Position numbers and translations under genes: made by a program
Origin: Eledone cirrhosa
Lineage: Eukaryota
NCBI GenBank assembly: GCA_964016885.1
Contig: OZ024748.1
Span: 55,924,001 to 55,988,000 of the forward strand
DNA length: 64,000 nucleotides
Direction of reading: 5' to 3'
In this document: piece after piece, positions 13,641 to 28,210 of the stretch
Position numbering within the stretch: position 1 is the stretch's first letter
Layout of the letters: each line of letters opens with the position of its first letter
Notes under the pieces: generated by a model
Told to the model about the DNA's origin: nothing
Database searches by the model: none
The model's input: the letters and a program-made list of their open reading frames with translations, nothing else

Positions 13641-14435
13641 TCGTATATATATATATTCCTATATATTCATATATTTCCGTATATATACATGTTAGAGGAG
13701 AAAGATTGAAAGAGATTGTTATAGAGTTAGATGGAAAAAGAGATTTGATAGTCAGATATCTATATCTATTGGGAATAAAAGAAACTGGATTAGTAATTGT
13801 TACGTAAAATAATACAGACAGATACAGAGATATCAATAAATTAGATATTATATTATTTTTGATTTCTACGAGAAATAAAACTTTTGTGGAATGCATTCTT
13901 CCCAAATGCACGTTTATATACAAATTAAAAAAAAGAAAATATTACTGATATATAGATAAGCTGAAAAATTTAGAGAAATAGATTGATAGATAAAATATAT
14001 TTTTTTCTTTGTTTCAACTTCGTTGGCTGTTCCAACCTAAAACGTAGAAATTAAAAACTGCAATAAATTGCATTTGCTGATGTCTTCCCCCACTTCTGTC
14101 TCTGAATCCATATACATATACTCACACATTCACATATATAAATGGCTTGTTTAAATTCTTGCGCCCGTCATATGAGAGATACGTGGTTCGAACTGTCACT
14201 GGACACTCCTTCCATATTTTCTTGTCTTCAACATATTTTATTCAACTATTAATATCGGTGATCAATTAATATTATTATTTTCTACATTGTGCAAATAAAA
14301 TTTCACGATACTTCCTTTGTTGTCTTTGTTGAAATACACAACTGAGGTTTTTAGTATCTCTGTACTGAGCGATTCCCTGTGTATGTTCGTGACAGATATT
14401 TGCAGCCATCTTGCAACATAGACACAATACTATGG

Positions 14436-14472
<37 letters not shown>

Positions 14473-14524
14473 CTTAAGGTAGATGAATTAATTGGAGGTT
14501 TTTATTCTTTTTCCAATGTTTACG

Positions 14525-14856
14525 AATTAAGCCAGCGATACCAGAAGAATCATCGTGCGTAGTGGCTAGCTGGTCCACCCTGGCGCTCCCCTGCCAGCTC
14601 CTATGTATTCTCCAAAGTAATATCGAGCCTCCGGATATCCTCTCTGATGATATCCAGCCATCCGGTTTGGGACCTGCCGCATGCCCTCTTCCAGCCTGTA
14701 GCCGTTGCGTCGAACAAGCTTAAGGCCCTGATAAGTTGACGATCTAGTGGAAAGCTGAGTACATGGTGATATCAGAACATCCGGTGGATAGCTATAAGGC
14801 GGGAAGTTGTGGGCTGGGATGTGCTTGACTGCAACACTTTGTTAGAAACGTGGTTG
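14525..14856 (-). mobile_element. Degraded RTE-type LINE 3' end
   Basis: Hand translation of the minus strand: NHVSNKVLQSSTSQPTTSRLIAIHRMF*YHHVL..GWKRACGRSQTGWLDIIREDIRRL, with in-frame stops. Confidence 0.75.
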
Positions 14857-15718
14857 TTCTCTCCATCTCTCCGTTCCTCCGCACAGTATATGGTTATATC
14901 TTTACCCGACGTTTTACTATACATATAGTAATCAGCTTTTTATAGCTACCCATCGTGCTGAGAAACATAAATATATGAAAAAAATATATATAGTAAAGAA
15001 AACGCATGACTATCTCTTTAGAATGTAATTTGCGTACAGAACAAAGAAAATGGAAAAACACCTGAATGACATTCACTGGTTTGATTGGTATCAACCTTAA
15101 TGAACTAAAACCGTAGTGATTTCTAGAGGTTGCATTATTTTATTGTAAGCCAGAACAAGAGAGTGAAACTAAAGCTATGACGAAACATTGCGTATGTTTC
15201 CAAAATGCCAGTGTGAATTATGTATATCAAGAACGAACGTGTCCCGACTAAAAGTATACATATTGTCAAAAACATTTGAAGTCTATTAATAAAAGTATAA
15301 GTAATGGGTTGGCATATTTAAAGAGGACAACGTTTTGTCCATTCTGACCTATAAATGCTGAGTTTCTTTCTTGAGATGGAGAGATGAAATTGCAAGACTG
15401 ATTGTTCTACCAGATGGTGCTTCTGTCGGAAATGTAAGATGGAATGCTCTTCTGCTTGCGGAAAGTGACATGATGCATGTAATAATTTAATAACTCCTGG
15501 AAATATTGGTGAATTTGACATGTCTAATGAGCCATACAGAGAGTGTGCTTTGTGGGACGAATTCTCCTGCTCTACCAAACTCCTTCTCTCTCTCTTTCGA
15601 CATATATATATGTGTGTGTATCTATCTCTCTCTCTCTATATATATATATATATACGCTCACTCACACACACACACATACACACATACACACACACATATA
15701 TATATATATATATACGCT

Positions 15719-15754
<36 letters not shown>

Positions 15755-16019
15755 GCTTTTACTGTTTTTCATTTGTAGGGCATGTAGATTGACACAATAA
15801 CGCAGCTGGTCATGCTTCAGTCGTAATGAATAAATAGTATATATGTGTGTGTATGTATAAACATAGATACAAAGATATACACATTTATATGCATATTTAT
15901 ATATACATACAACTTCCAACACAAAAATATATGTATGTATGCAAAATGTAAACGAAAAAAAAATTAAACACTACAGTATAATAAAGAATTGTATTAGTTT
16001 AATGATTGATATAGGGAGA

Positions 16020-16165
16020 AAATGGCGGCGTATTGGCAGTTTCGTTAGAAGTCGTAGACAATCATTTGCGGAAAGCCTTTTGGTTGTTTTCTTTCAGAGT
16101 TCAAATCTGACAGAGGTTAGCTTTGCCTTTCATCCATGCAAGGTCGATAAAAAATGTACCAGTCA
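16020..16165 (+). mobile_element. Diverged SINE S1
   Basis: gagttcaaatc..ctttgcctttcatcc..ggtcgataaaaaatgtaccag. Confidence 0.7.
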
Positions 16166-16503
16166 AAATCTGAGGTCGATACTTCCTTTCTATTTCTTTC
16201 CCGCCTCCATTTTCTCATTCTCTACCATTCTATAGAAGAAATCTGCCGCAATCATTTGACATTGAAAGGCTTGGATCCCGCCAGGTTTTAAAATGCTGTT
16301 AAAACGTCATATATCGTTACACCACTCCTACGATCCCTCGAAATGTACAGGAAGATGTTTGTCTGCATAGTAGAAAAAGTATCTTAACGTGACGGACACT
16401 AGATTTTCCTATATATATATATATATATATATATACATACACACACACCTAAATCAAAAAGATAAGGCAGGAACTCATCTGTCGGGGTCTCGACTCTTTC
16501 ATA

Positions 16504-16544
<41 letters not shown>

Positions 16545-16603
16545 TACACCATATACACAAATGTGTACAAATTTACATACAAAACAATTGTACGAATTTT
16601 ATT

Positions 16604-16644
<41 letters not shown>

Positions 16645-16645
<1 letters not shown>

Positions 16646-16835
16646 ACGAAGGAAATGTGGTACGGAACCAGATGGACCATAACGCACCAAAGTACTCAAT
16701 TCTTAGGGTAGTAGGGTGGGTAATAGGAACAAGTAGGACCCCGACGGCTGAGCTCTAGCCGTTTCGACAGCTGATTCTGTACTGAATTAGCCGTCGAAAC
16801 GGCTTGAGCTCAGCCTTCAGGCTCCTACTCGTTCC

Positions 16836-16838
<3 letters not shown>
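16645..16838 (-). mobile_element. Family A fold-back mini-element
   Basis: Long minus arm plus short inverted arm, turning at ~16780, inside (TA)n. Confidence 0.7.
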
Positions 16839-16871
<33 letters not shown>

Positions 16872-17647
16872 AGTGTGTTTCACCGATGGTCATTGGGGAA
16901 AGATTTAAACATCGCGGAAAAAAAACCGCTGATGTCTCTCGACGGTAAATACCCTTGCGATGTTTGTTCTGCACTCCATCGCCTCTCCCGTCGCCAGAAT
17001 TACTGTTACAACTCAGTCGGCCAACTTGAAACCTATAACTACTGACGACTTTGCGATGTAAAATATAGTTAAGTAAATAAATATATACATAAATAAATAA
17101 ATATATAAATAAATAAATCAGTTTCGATTCCTAATTTGAACAGCTTCGGTTATGTCAATAATGTTCACAGGGAATGCATTTAATATCACGTCTACAGAAA
17201 CATATTTTTGACGACTCCCGGTAAAAAATACATTATTTTTTTTACCGCAATATTACATTTCACTCTCTTTCTAAATAAGCATTCCTGTGGTGTTTAGTTG
17301 ACCAAGCACTAAAGAGAGAAAAACATTATTTATATTATTTCCATTCGTACAACATCTTGTAATCTTAGCTTCAGCAGTTTCAGTTCGTTTCATCATCGGC
17401 ATTAACTTTGCTTTGGAAGAACGAGGTTAATTAGCTAGTAGTTGAAGGAACTAGAAATGGAAATGGGAGGAAAATATTTATGTTGCCGTTAACTTCCTCT
17501 CAACGGAAGTGCCCAAAGTACAACTTCCAAACATTTGCGGTAGAAGGTCCTGCTACTAGACATATGCATTAGAGGATATAAAATAGAAGTGTAGGTTTCT
17601 ATCATCCTTTAATGTGTAAATAGATTTTTAGCGTCTAATTTATTTAT

Positions 17648-17702
<55 letters not shown>

Positions 17703-18180
17703 AAAGGATGCGTATATTGCGATGGTTTTCGTTTTTTACAACAAAGTCATTACACATTTATCTTATGCAGCAGTTGAGGGTGATAGTGGTAGGAATAGTA
17801 CCTTCAGTAGTAACAGTTGGAGCAACAGCAGCAACAGCAGCAGTAATAGTAGTGGGAGTGGGATTTTAATTATCAGTCTCATTTCAGCGATATATAAAAA
17901 CAATAATATTCGAGTAAAAAAAACATATTTACCATGTTTCTACCCTCTGATATTCCGATTTACTTACTCAGCTATCTTATATATATTCCTGAGTTCAGTT
18001 TTTTTCGTCGCTTTGGCCACTGCGTCTCGCCTATCGGTCGCTGTCTTCAATTTGCAAAGCTGTCTAAACGTAATGTTATAACTCTAAGGTAATATACCTT
18101 ATTGAGTGCTTAGCTCCACACCCCGACTGCATTCGTTAGCTTGGCTGCAACCAGAGCTTCGAGGATGCTGTACTAAATGT

Positions 18181-18261
<81 letters not shown>

Positions 18262-18470
18262 ATACTTGGGGAGGGTCATATTTGTGTAATATTGCCAGAA
18301 TTAATAACAGAACACACTCATTGTTTGGTTGGTTTTCGCTTTTCGCTTCTGTGTCTTTTATATCGGTAATCTAATTTACTCGGTCCCCAATGTTGCCATT
18401 GACTGACCGACGGTCAAAAATAATACAGATACAATATAGACACAAACCTCGCAAAACTAATTCATCACCG

Positions 18471-18550
<80 letters not shown>

Positions 18551-18753
18551 AAAGAGTGAAGAATAACATGGTCAACGGTGCACAAAAAGGGTTTTATTTA
18601 TAAACTCGCCACATACGGAAACTTCTTATTGAGTCAAAAAACGCCATACGCTAAAACTATGCACGATACGAAGTATTCACAACCTCTAACTGGATTACCT
18701 ATAACGATATTTTGTGATAACTTATATATATATATATATATACTATATATCAC

Positions 18754-19075
18754 AGAAAAAAGAGAATCAGTGCTGCGACGAAAGGAATCCACTGGACATA
18801 CTACACATATCTCTATTGCGACCAGCTCGAGTCACAATCGATATGGTGATCACACCTGACTCTGAAATCAACATGGTCGTCAGATACGTCTCGATTCTAC
18901 GAAGCAGATTTTCCAATGGATTTCCTTCGTAGAATCGAGACGTATCTGACGACCGTGTTGATTTCAGAGTCAGGTGTGATCACCATATCGATCGTGCCTC
19001 CAGCTGGTTCCCCGAGAGATATTTGTAGTATGTCCAGTGGATTCCTTTCGTCGCAACACTGATTCTCTTTTTTCT
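18754..19075. repeat. ~150-bp-arm inverted repeat, 20-nt spacer, between (TA)n tracts
   Basis: 18754-18904 is the reverse complement of 18925-19075 with scattered mismatches. Confidence 0.9.
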
Positions 19076-19196
19076 ATCATATCATACTCTGCTCCACGAG
19101 TGCAGTGAGTGCCCATACGGCCTAGCGCATACGGACGCTTTAAGCATCCAATATCAATTATATATATATATATATATAATGTCTATATATATATAA

Positions 19197-19379
<183 letters not shown>

Positions 19380-19409
19380 GTTTATATATATATATATATA
19401 TATATATAA

Positions 19410-19454
<45 letters not shown>

Positions 19455-19624
19455 GTAGGTCCCGGGTTGAGTCGGTGATAACCACAGTAAGTAAGGTACT
19501 CAATACATGGCAGAGTAAATTTTTTTTATTTCATAGAAGGGGCTTCTACAGGGCTAGTAGTGTTTCATTCAGATTTCATCTGAATGAAACAGTACTAGTC
19601 CTGTAGAAGCTCCTTCTATAAAAT
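19455..19624. mobile_element. Family C fold-back mini-element with hammerhead 3' half
   Basis: Hairpin ~19528-19624 with a 3-nt loop; arm reads GAAA-cagtactag-TC-ctgtag; shares gtattgagtac with family A. Confidence 0.55.
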
Positions 19625-19933
19625 ATATATATATATATATATATGATACAGAGGGAGAGATTGATACAACATAACTATATACAATTTTGTCTGATATAAA
19701 AATTCGCCCCAAAACTTATTGATTCGTAGTATGAGAAGTAAAAATATATATTACTAGTCAAAACAAAAGAAGAAAAAATTATTTACAATAATGGTGAACA
19801 CTGAAAAGCTATTCTAAAGATGTAAATGTCAAACATTAAATAATATTAGAAATGTGTTAAACCATGTTGCTTTTCTAATGATTGGTTTTACCAGGGCAAA
19901 CAACACTAGAATGTATATTGCAGCTAGCTGAAT

Positions 19934-19992
<59 letters not shown>

Positions 19993-20951
19993 TAATTATA
20001 TATATATATATATATAATTATATATATATATATATATATATACATATATATCTAATTATATATATATATATGTATATGTGTGTGTGTGTGTTTGTGCGAA
20101 CGTGTGCGCGTGTAGTGTATTTATTTATATTCATACATATATTTGTATACATCTATGTGTGTGTTCATATAAATCTATATATACGTGTATATATTTTATG
20201 TGTGAAATTGTGTGTATGTTTGGTTGCGTAAGTGTATATAGATAAACACCTTGACACACACACACATACCCTCCCCCACACACACACACACACCCGCACA
20301 CACACGGACAACATTACATAGACCTACACACTTACAGACGGACATCTGACTACGTCTAACATAGATCGTTAATGGAAGGTTTTTCTACTCGGCAAAAGCA
20401 CAGAGTGCAATAAAACACCCTTACAATATCTTAAGTGTATGTCGCTTTGGATCGTATTCGTTAATAACCAAATGATGACGTCGACCTCTTGCAACCAGTA
20501 TCTCAACCCCTTTTAGCTAGATTGATCGACGGCTCACCAAAGTTTATCACTTGCAAACTTTAGCCAATGATACGATCTGTTAAGATGAAAAAAGAACATA
20601 AATATATAAAAAGCAATAAGATAAGAATGAAGATAAAATATTAAAATATGAGATGAAAATAACGTGATGAAAATAAAAATATGAATAAATATAACGAAAG
20701 TTGTGTAAAGAAAAATGCTTATGTAGAAAGAGAGAATATCACATTTTTACTTTGGTTAAATCCTTTCATCATCATCAATATTGTCACCGTTGTAGATGTC
20801 GTCTTCAACGATAGGTATCGTTATCATTGTTGTCTTCATATTCATCCTTCTTACTTTCTCAGTGTTTCCTACTCCTAATCATCATCATCCCCTACATCAT
20901 CTTTATCGTAATCAACATAAAAACACCTTGCTCGTCGCTGTCATCATTTTT

Positions 20952-21105
20952 CTGATCCGAGTTCAAATCCCGCCGAGGTTAACTTTGCCTTTCATCCTTA
21001 CGGGGTCGCTAAAATAAAGTACAAGCCACACACTGGGGTTGATTTAATCGACTTTCCTCTCCCCCTCCAACTTACTGGCTTTGTGCCTAAATCAGAAATC
21101 ATTAT
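20952..21105 (+). mobile_element. SINE S1 variant, 5'-truncated
   Basis: B box plus Nin/Deu core. Confidence 0.8.
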
Positions 21106-21499
21106 CATTATTATTGTTGTTGTTGTTATCTCTGAGGACGTAATATTACACACAATACTAGAATCAGAATTCAAAGTTACCTTGAAGATTACAAACCTGA
21201 AGTTAGATAGAATGAATGAAATAAATTAAAAAAAACACACAAGCCTTTCTGTTTTTTAACCAATAATTACTATTGTTAGAACTAGCATCTAAATCTTCAT
21301 CACACTGCAGCCTTCCATATGGAAGTTATTTAATGTATAACAAGATGAAGTATGAATATATTAAGATCCGGTCTGCAACGCCTTAGTTTATTCATATGAT
21401 CTCTGAAGACTTAAATCATGATAAATAAAGGAAACACCGGACCCGACTCTCAAAAAAACCTTCGACACTAGTGTGAAATGTGGGAGATTTTATCGCTCT

Positions 21500-22420
21500 T
21501 AAAGCATAATATTTTATCCCAATGTTGTTCTATAAGTAACGTCTTCAGTTGTGCCATCTACATGTTCTTTTGTGCTTACTTATGTTACTATGTTCTAATG
21601 TATATTGTTAGCAAGTCGTTGTATAATACTTGGTTATGATACTTCTATATTTTCTTGTAATATCTTGAACAAAAAAGATTTCTGCTATGTAAATTTGTGA
21701 TTCATTTTCTAAAACTTTTGATTCGGTGTTCCTTGGAGTGGGTTTTTGATGTTATTTTTCCTTTGGTTTTGTTTTGTGTTTAGAGGGAAGCCATTCATAT
21801 TTTGTCATGTTGTTTTCGTGCCACTTTAGATTTTAAGATAACACGTATAGATTCTTGTATACAATTTCTTCCCATACAGCTATATCACTTCTCACATCCT
21901 AACGATTATTACAATATTGTATCTTTCGTCCATTATCCAAGTATATATTAGATACTGTGTATCTTGGAATGATGGAATATATTGATATAATTTAAGATGA
22001 TAGTTTCGTTTCAATAGGGAAATAGCGGAAAGTTATATTATGACAATAATAAAGGTATTCATCTCTATGAATGTGTAATTGTACTACTTCGATAATGAGT
22101 TTACGTTTTGCTATAAATATATTTGCACACATCTCAGTAGATATTATTGAATTATGATTACAATTTCTTGGATTTAAGATCCCAAATCGTTTCGTTTAAG
22201 AAAGTAGTAGTGTGAGTTTTTTTTTTTTTTTAACGTGTTGCTTCGTCTTTCTTTAAAGCTCAAATATTGATGCCTCCTCAAACTTGATACATAATTGAGA
22301 TCCATTACTTGCTTCTGGCTTCCTTGCACTGAGTGTTTCATAGGGATGTTAAAGTTTTCTCCTTGGATAGTATATTGGACCAGACTGTTATTATTCCAAT
22401 ATCGTGAATATATATATATC
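21500..22420 (-). pseudogene. Heavily degraded Penelope-like RT/endonuclease remnant
   Basis: Minus-strand fragments in the expected order: NFNIPM (cf. FDVPMG), HRDEYL (cf. YRDDGL), YINI.HH (cf. YIN..SNHP), YSCMG, IYIAEI; many stops and frameshifts. Confidence 0.4.
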
Positions 22421-23475
22421 TACTTTAAATGAAATAATAAACACTCGTGTTTCCTGTGTGCGCTGAATGACAAAATAATAATAATAGTAATAAATAACAA
22501 TAATAATAATTAGTATTATCTGATAGAATATACCTGTCGGTTCGTAGTTTCTGTGAATCTTAATATCGTCAAACAGGTTAACATAAACTCCTTATTCCTC
22601 AATTTGAATGTAGTTTGTGTAATATTGGATTTGTTAAAATGAAGCAAGTCAAAACAGATGTGAGTCTATGACGTAATTGTTTTAACAAGCTAATCTTATG
22701 CATACCAAGATTGGATTGTTATGGGCACATAACTATGCGTAATTCCAAATGAAATATACGTCTAAGCTAGAAAATAAATGGGTTTTCATTTAACAATAAA
22801 TTAAATGAGTTGGAAACGCAGTAAAACACAATTGACTGTTTAACTCTCTTTTGGATAAATAACATTCTCTTACAAGGAAATGGCATATATTGTACCCTGG
22901 TCATTTCATACACCATTGTTATACTAAATATCATTTTTATATAAAGTAAATTGTATTTCATATATACGCATTGATATATAATTGCCTATCGCAAGCTTTT
23001 AACATTTACGCTGTATAATTGTGTTGATTTTATCATAGGATATGGTATGTTTCTATTATAGCACATTACTAATAAGGCTATGGTATTCTATTTTTTCTAA
23101 TTGTTTTCTACATATAGTGTTATAACGGGTACTATGGGTTAACTATGTTGTCTCGATATTTCTGCGTTATTCTAATACTTTTAATAATGGTAAACTTAGA
23201 TCTTCTTTCATACCTTCATAAAGTAGTATTTTACGATATATTTCTTCCGTTTTTCTGTATTTATTTGGATGCCTCAGAATGTGAACGAAATATAGATTCA
23301 AGCATAGCTTTCTTCTGCCAGGGCCATTTAAAAATAAACAACAAAAGACATTTACTATATTGGAGATCAAAATGGTGACAAATTGAAACCCAGACAAATA
23401 AGTAACTGATAAAACTTAAAGCAACAAAATAATTCCACCATACTTGCTGCACTTGATTTTGCTTCTATTTTTTTC

Positions 23476-23514
<39 letters not shown>

Positions 23515-23754
23515 AATAATAACAGATTTTATATCAAAGGTTTCTCGGATTGCTTGACGTCAATGTCTCGGAAAAATAGACACCTGAGATTGGAATGAAA
23601 GTTTCCGTGTTTAACATTAGTAGAAATCCATTATGAGCGCGCGCACACGCAAACACACACACACGCGTCACACACACACACACACATACACACACACACG
23701 CATACACACACTTTCACTCACAAACATTAACGCACGTAAACTCATTTACAAACC

Positions 23755-23785
<31 letters not shown>

Positions 23786-24154
23786 TCATTCACAAACTCA
23801 CACACACATACGTCACCCTCTTTACATACATATAGTATGTAAATTTCCATCGGTAAAAATGTGCTAAAATGTATTATATATATAGTAATAGTTAATCACA
23901 CACACACATTAACGCATACACAGATGTCACCCACTTTATATACATATCATGTATAAACTTGCATTAGTAAAAATGTACTAAAACGTATTATATATAGTAA
24001 TATTAAAATGCAAATACATACACTCATACACTTTGATACCTATCTATGTATCTATAATTCTGGTAAACAGCACTTGTCCAAGATACCATGTAATGTGATC
24101 GAACACAGCACCTAATGATTGCGATGCTTACTTATTAATTCGTGTATGCTGCAT

Positions 24155-24265
24155 CCACACATACAGGCACCCAACATACATATACATATATATATATATG
24201 TGTTTTCTCAAAATAAGTATGACAAACTTCATTTCGGTTCGTTGTAAACGAAAATAGCTTCTATA
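24155..24265 (+). repeat. Short dispersed repeat family D
   Basis: gtgttttctcaaaataagtatgacaaacttcatttcggttcgttgtaaacgaaaatagctt; also at ~26470-26540(-) and ~27018-27170(+). Confidence 0.8.
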
Positions 24266-25365
24266 TATAATATATATATATATCTGTTAGACACGAAGTG
24301 ACTAACAACAGATTGTTTAAGTCACTTTAGTGTTCTAACATATATGTGTAGATCGTCAATTTTTCTTTCAAGGTCTGGCCGGGGCCGTGGTGATTACATG
24401 CCATGGGCTAATTTTCAACCAATCAGAGTAATTGTTGCTCAAAAGCATCCGCCATGTTTTTTTGTTTGTTTTCCTAGTTCATTTCATTTTTGTTATTTCG
24501 TCGTTATATGATTTCTTTTAATTTATATTAAATATTTATAAAACAAATGTAATATATTGACGTTAGGGTTAGGGTTAGGCGGTCAATAGATAAGATGAAA
24601 GTCTATAGTAAACGCTTGTACAAATATTTTCAAATTTATCGTTTGTACGAAACGATTCTAAATTTTTGTTTGTAAAACATTTTTAAACACTTCAAAATAG
24701 CGTATATTCATGTTCTGTAATGTCCCATTTTTGTTCGCCCTTGTACCAAATAAAGAAATATATCTTTGTATCTTGTTCCTCTTTATATATTGCAATCGAG
24801 TATAGGCAGAGTTCCGATTGTAATACAAACTGCATTTTGTTTGTAAATATTTGTAAAAATAATCTTTCTAAAAACATTGTAAAAATGTGTGTCACACGCG
24901 TTTAAAAATCTTTGATATATATATAACTGAGGTTGTCTGCCTGTCTGTCTCTCTACTAAAACGGTCGCCACACATCTAAACTTATTGATTAAGCTCCAGC
25001 GGACAGATCGTTAAAAAACAATTTCAAATCGAATGTGTAATATTGATGTTTCAGTTAAAATGTATAAATACAGTTGTGAGACGAGTTATTTCCCTTTAAT
25101 GCAGTGTGAGCAGACGATAAATTATTGAAAAGGCGCAAATTTTCACTATTACACATTTGCAATATTGTCAGTATTAACTTTGCCTTTCATCCTTACGGGG
25201 TCGATAAAATGAAGTACACTGTCACTATAAGTAGATGCCCATACACAAACAGTATTGAAAATATGTTCTTCGACAAATAAATATGTTTTGTTCATACTAT
25301 TTCGACTAGCGTTTGTTGTTCTACTCCACGCACGACCACCACAAATTGGTGACCAGCTCAGCACA

Positions 25366-25536
25366 AGTATTGGTAGAGCGTCAGACACAATGCTTTGCAG
25401 CATTGTTATGACCCTTTGCGTTCTAAGTTCAAATCCCGCCGAGGTTAACTTTGCCTTTCATCCTTACCAGTTAGATAAAATAAAGTACCAGTAATGGACT
25501 GCGGTAATGGCTTTGTGCCGAAAAATAGAAACACTA
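25366..25536 (+). mobile_element. SINE S1 (another partial copy at ~25170-25220)
   Basis: Head, B box, core and tail match S1. Confidence 0.8.
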
Positions 25537-26090
25537 TTAAGTGCAATAAGAGCAAAATCTCAAGACATTGCTCAATTATTTTATCTAATGTTGCAATAAT
25601 ACAGGGAAATGTAGTTTGTGTAATTTTTTAAATATTTGCTCATAGGTTTTTCCAATTTCGCTCAGCCAACAACTATTAAAAAGAGAGTTGCTTAAGATAA
25701 CAATTTAATCACAAATTGTTGTTTTCTTTTAATACACTCCAAAGAGTCATCAAATTATGTGCAATAAGAACACATCTCATTAATTTGCTCAGGGAATAAA
25801 GAAAATTTATATAGACTGATAATTGCAATTGTATGTAAATATTTTATTTTTATATTGTTTATTTATTTTATGTTTTCTATTATGTATAATATATTGATTT
25901 AATATTGATTGTTTTTTGTTGTTGTTTATATTAAAATTCTGAAAATATTTTTATACATCTTACACTAATATTTATAAGATCATTTATAATAACAATTATA
26001 TAATCTAATTACATTACAACGATAATTTATTATTAATATATATCATGTTTAACTAGAGTTATTACAAGCGTTGCCTTAAAAGAATATTAA

Positions 26091-26454
26091 ACTAGACATA
26101 AAAAATGCGCAAGCTCAAAAGAGCTACAGTATATTATAATATACCTTCAAAAGTGTGGGACTAGAGTTGTTACTCAAACATATTGTAATCATTATCTATC
26201 GTACAATCTGTGGCATCCTTTATAAAAATATCACAATAAATACACCTATGTGTAATGTAATAACAGCTATAAATAATTACATAATATTATTAAACATATA
26301 TGTATTTATTGTGATATTTTTATAAAGGATGCCACAGAATGTACGATAGATAATGATTACAATATTTTTGAGTAACAACTCTAGTCCCACACTTTTGAAG
26401 GTTTATTATAACATTCTGTGGCTCTTTTGAGCTTGCGCATTTTTCATGTCTAGT
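26091..26454. mobile_element. Fold-back element with ~153-bp arms ending in CTAG
   Basis: 26091-26244 is the reverse complement of 26302-26454; each end has hairpin gctcttttgagc followed by CTAG|T. Confidence 0.7.
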
Positions 26455-26725
26455 ATATATATATATATACAAGCTATTTTCGTTTACAACGAACCAAAAT
26501 GAAGTTTGTCATACTTATTTTGAGAAAACACACATATACACATATATAAGTATGTATACGTACATACATATATGTATACAGACGTACAGTAGTATGCATA
26601 TATATATATACTGTTATACTTTTGGAGGGTCATGTTGCCAGTAAGAAACACACGCACAAAGTATAACAATATCGGTTTCAACACACGATTTTAGATAAAG
26701 AATCTTGCTAAACAAATTCAGAAAC

Positions 26726-26787
<62 letters not shown>

Positions 26788-27165
26788 CATACATGCACAC
26801 ACATATATATATATATATGTACGTATGGATTCACCGAACATTTATTATAATGTTCGGTGTGTTTGTAAACAAACATCCCGAATTAAACCGTACAGTGTCT
26901 AGCAACCATCGTTGCTCATTTGTTCAACACTGACAAAGGAACGCTGTACTAGTTTCAATCTTATTAGCTATCGTCAGCAACATATACCTTCCTGCCAGAT
27001 GGTTGAACGTTTATATATGTGTGTTTTCTCAAAATAAGTATGACAAACATGCCACACATACAGGCACCCAACATACATACATATACACATATATATATAT
27101 ATGTGTGTGTTTACTCAAAATAAGTATGACAAACTTCATTTCGGTTCGGTGTAAACGAAAATAGC

Positions 27166-27215
<50 letters not shown>

Positions 27216-27664
27216 TTACTCACTTTATCACTCTATTACTTTCTCTATAAACATATAAATGAAAACACATATAATTTTTACATGTGTGCACATTATGGAA
27301 AATGTGCTTTCACGTGGTTCGCCGGGTGCATGCTTGTTCGTTCTTAATCTGGGTTGTGAGGATCAAATTTCGAAATCTACACTCTGAAATTTACTCAGCT
27401 GTTAAATAAATGTATATCAACAACATACTACATCTCATAGAATCTCTGATATCTAAATCTGTTGACATTTGCCTATCATGTGTATAGTTTCTCCTTAGAT
27501 ATTAGAGGCATGCTCAGAGAAGGCGTTAAATATATTTTCTATATCTTTAATTCATAAATCCTGATTAATTTGCATTCACGTATGTACATGCTATTAGTTT
27601 CGTATATAAAGCAATAGACATTGATAAGAGGGCACAACATTAGACAGCATTATATATATATAAA

Positions 27665-28062
27665 GGGCGGTGGATTGGCAGTATCGGTAGAGGGTCGGAC
27701 GCTATGATTTGACGCATAGAATTACGACCCTTGCCATTCTGAGTTCAAATCGCGCCGAGTTTAACTTTGCCTTTAATCCTTATGGGGTCGATAAAATAAA
27801 GTATCAGTAATACACTGGGATAATTGCTAGCCTTGTGCCAAAAGTAGAAAAAATTATATATATATATATAAAGGACGGTGGATTGGCAGAATCAGTAGAA
27901 TGTTGGACGCCAGGCTTTGCAGCATAGAGTTACAGCCCTTTATGATCTCAGTTCAAATCCCGCCAACGCTAACTTTGCCTTTCATCCTTAAGAGGTCGAT
28001 AAAATAAAGCACCAGTAATACACTGGGATAATTGCTGGTCTTGTGCCATAGAAGAAACAATT
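27665..28062 (+). mobile_element. Two tandem full-length SINE S1 copies (27665-27856, 27872-28062)
   Basis: Both start gg(g/a)cggtggattggcag and end agaaa(c/a)aatta + (TA)n. Confidence 0.9.
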
Positions 28063-28102
28063 ATATATATATATATATATATATATACAAACACATGTTA
28101 CA

Positions 28103-28167
<65 letters not shown>

Positions 28168-28210
28168 AAGAAAACGAAAAATCAGTGATGCATCTGGACT
28201 TATTTTATTT

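Noticed and set aside
14644-14650. CTGATGA as hammerhead core or C/D box
   Set aside because: Lies antisense within an RTE coding fragment, with no suitably placed GAAA or stems.
24563-24580. Telomere or interstitial telomeric site
   Set aside because: Fewer than three perfect units; more likely part of a repeat element.
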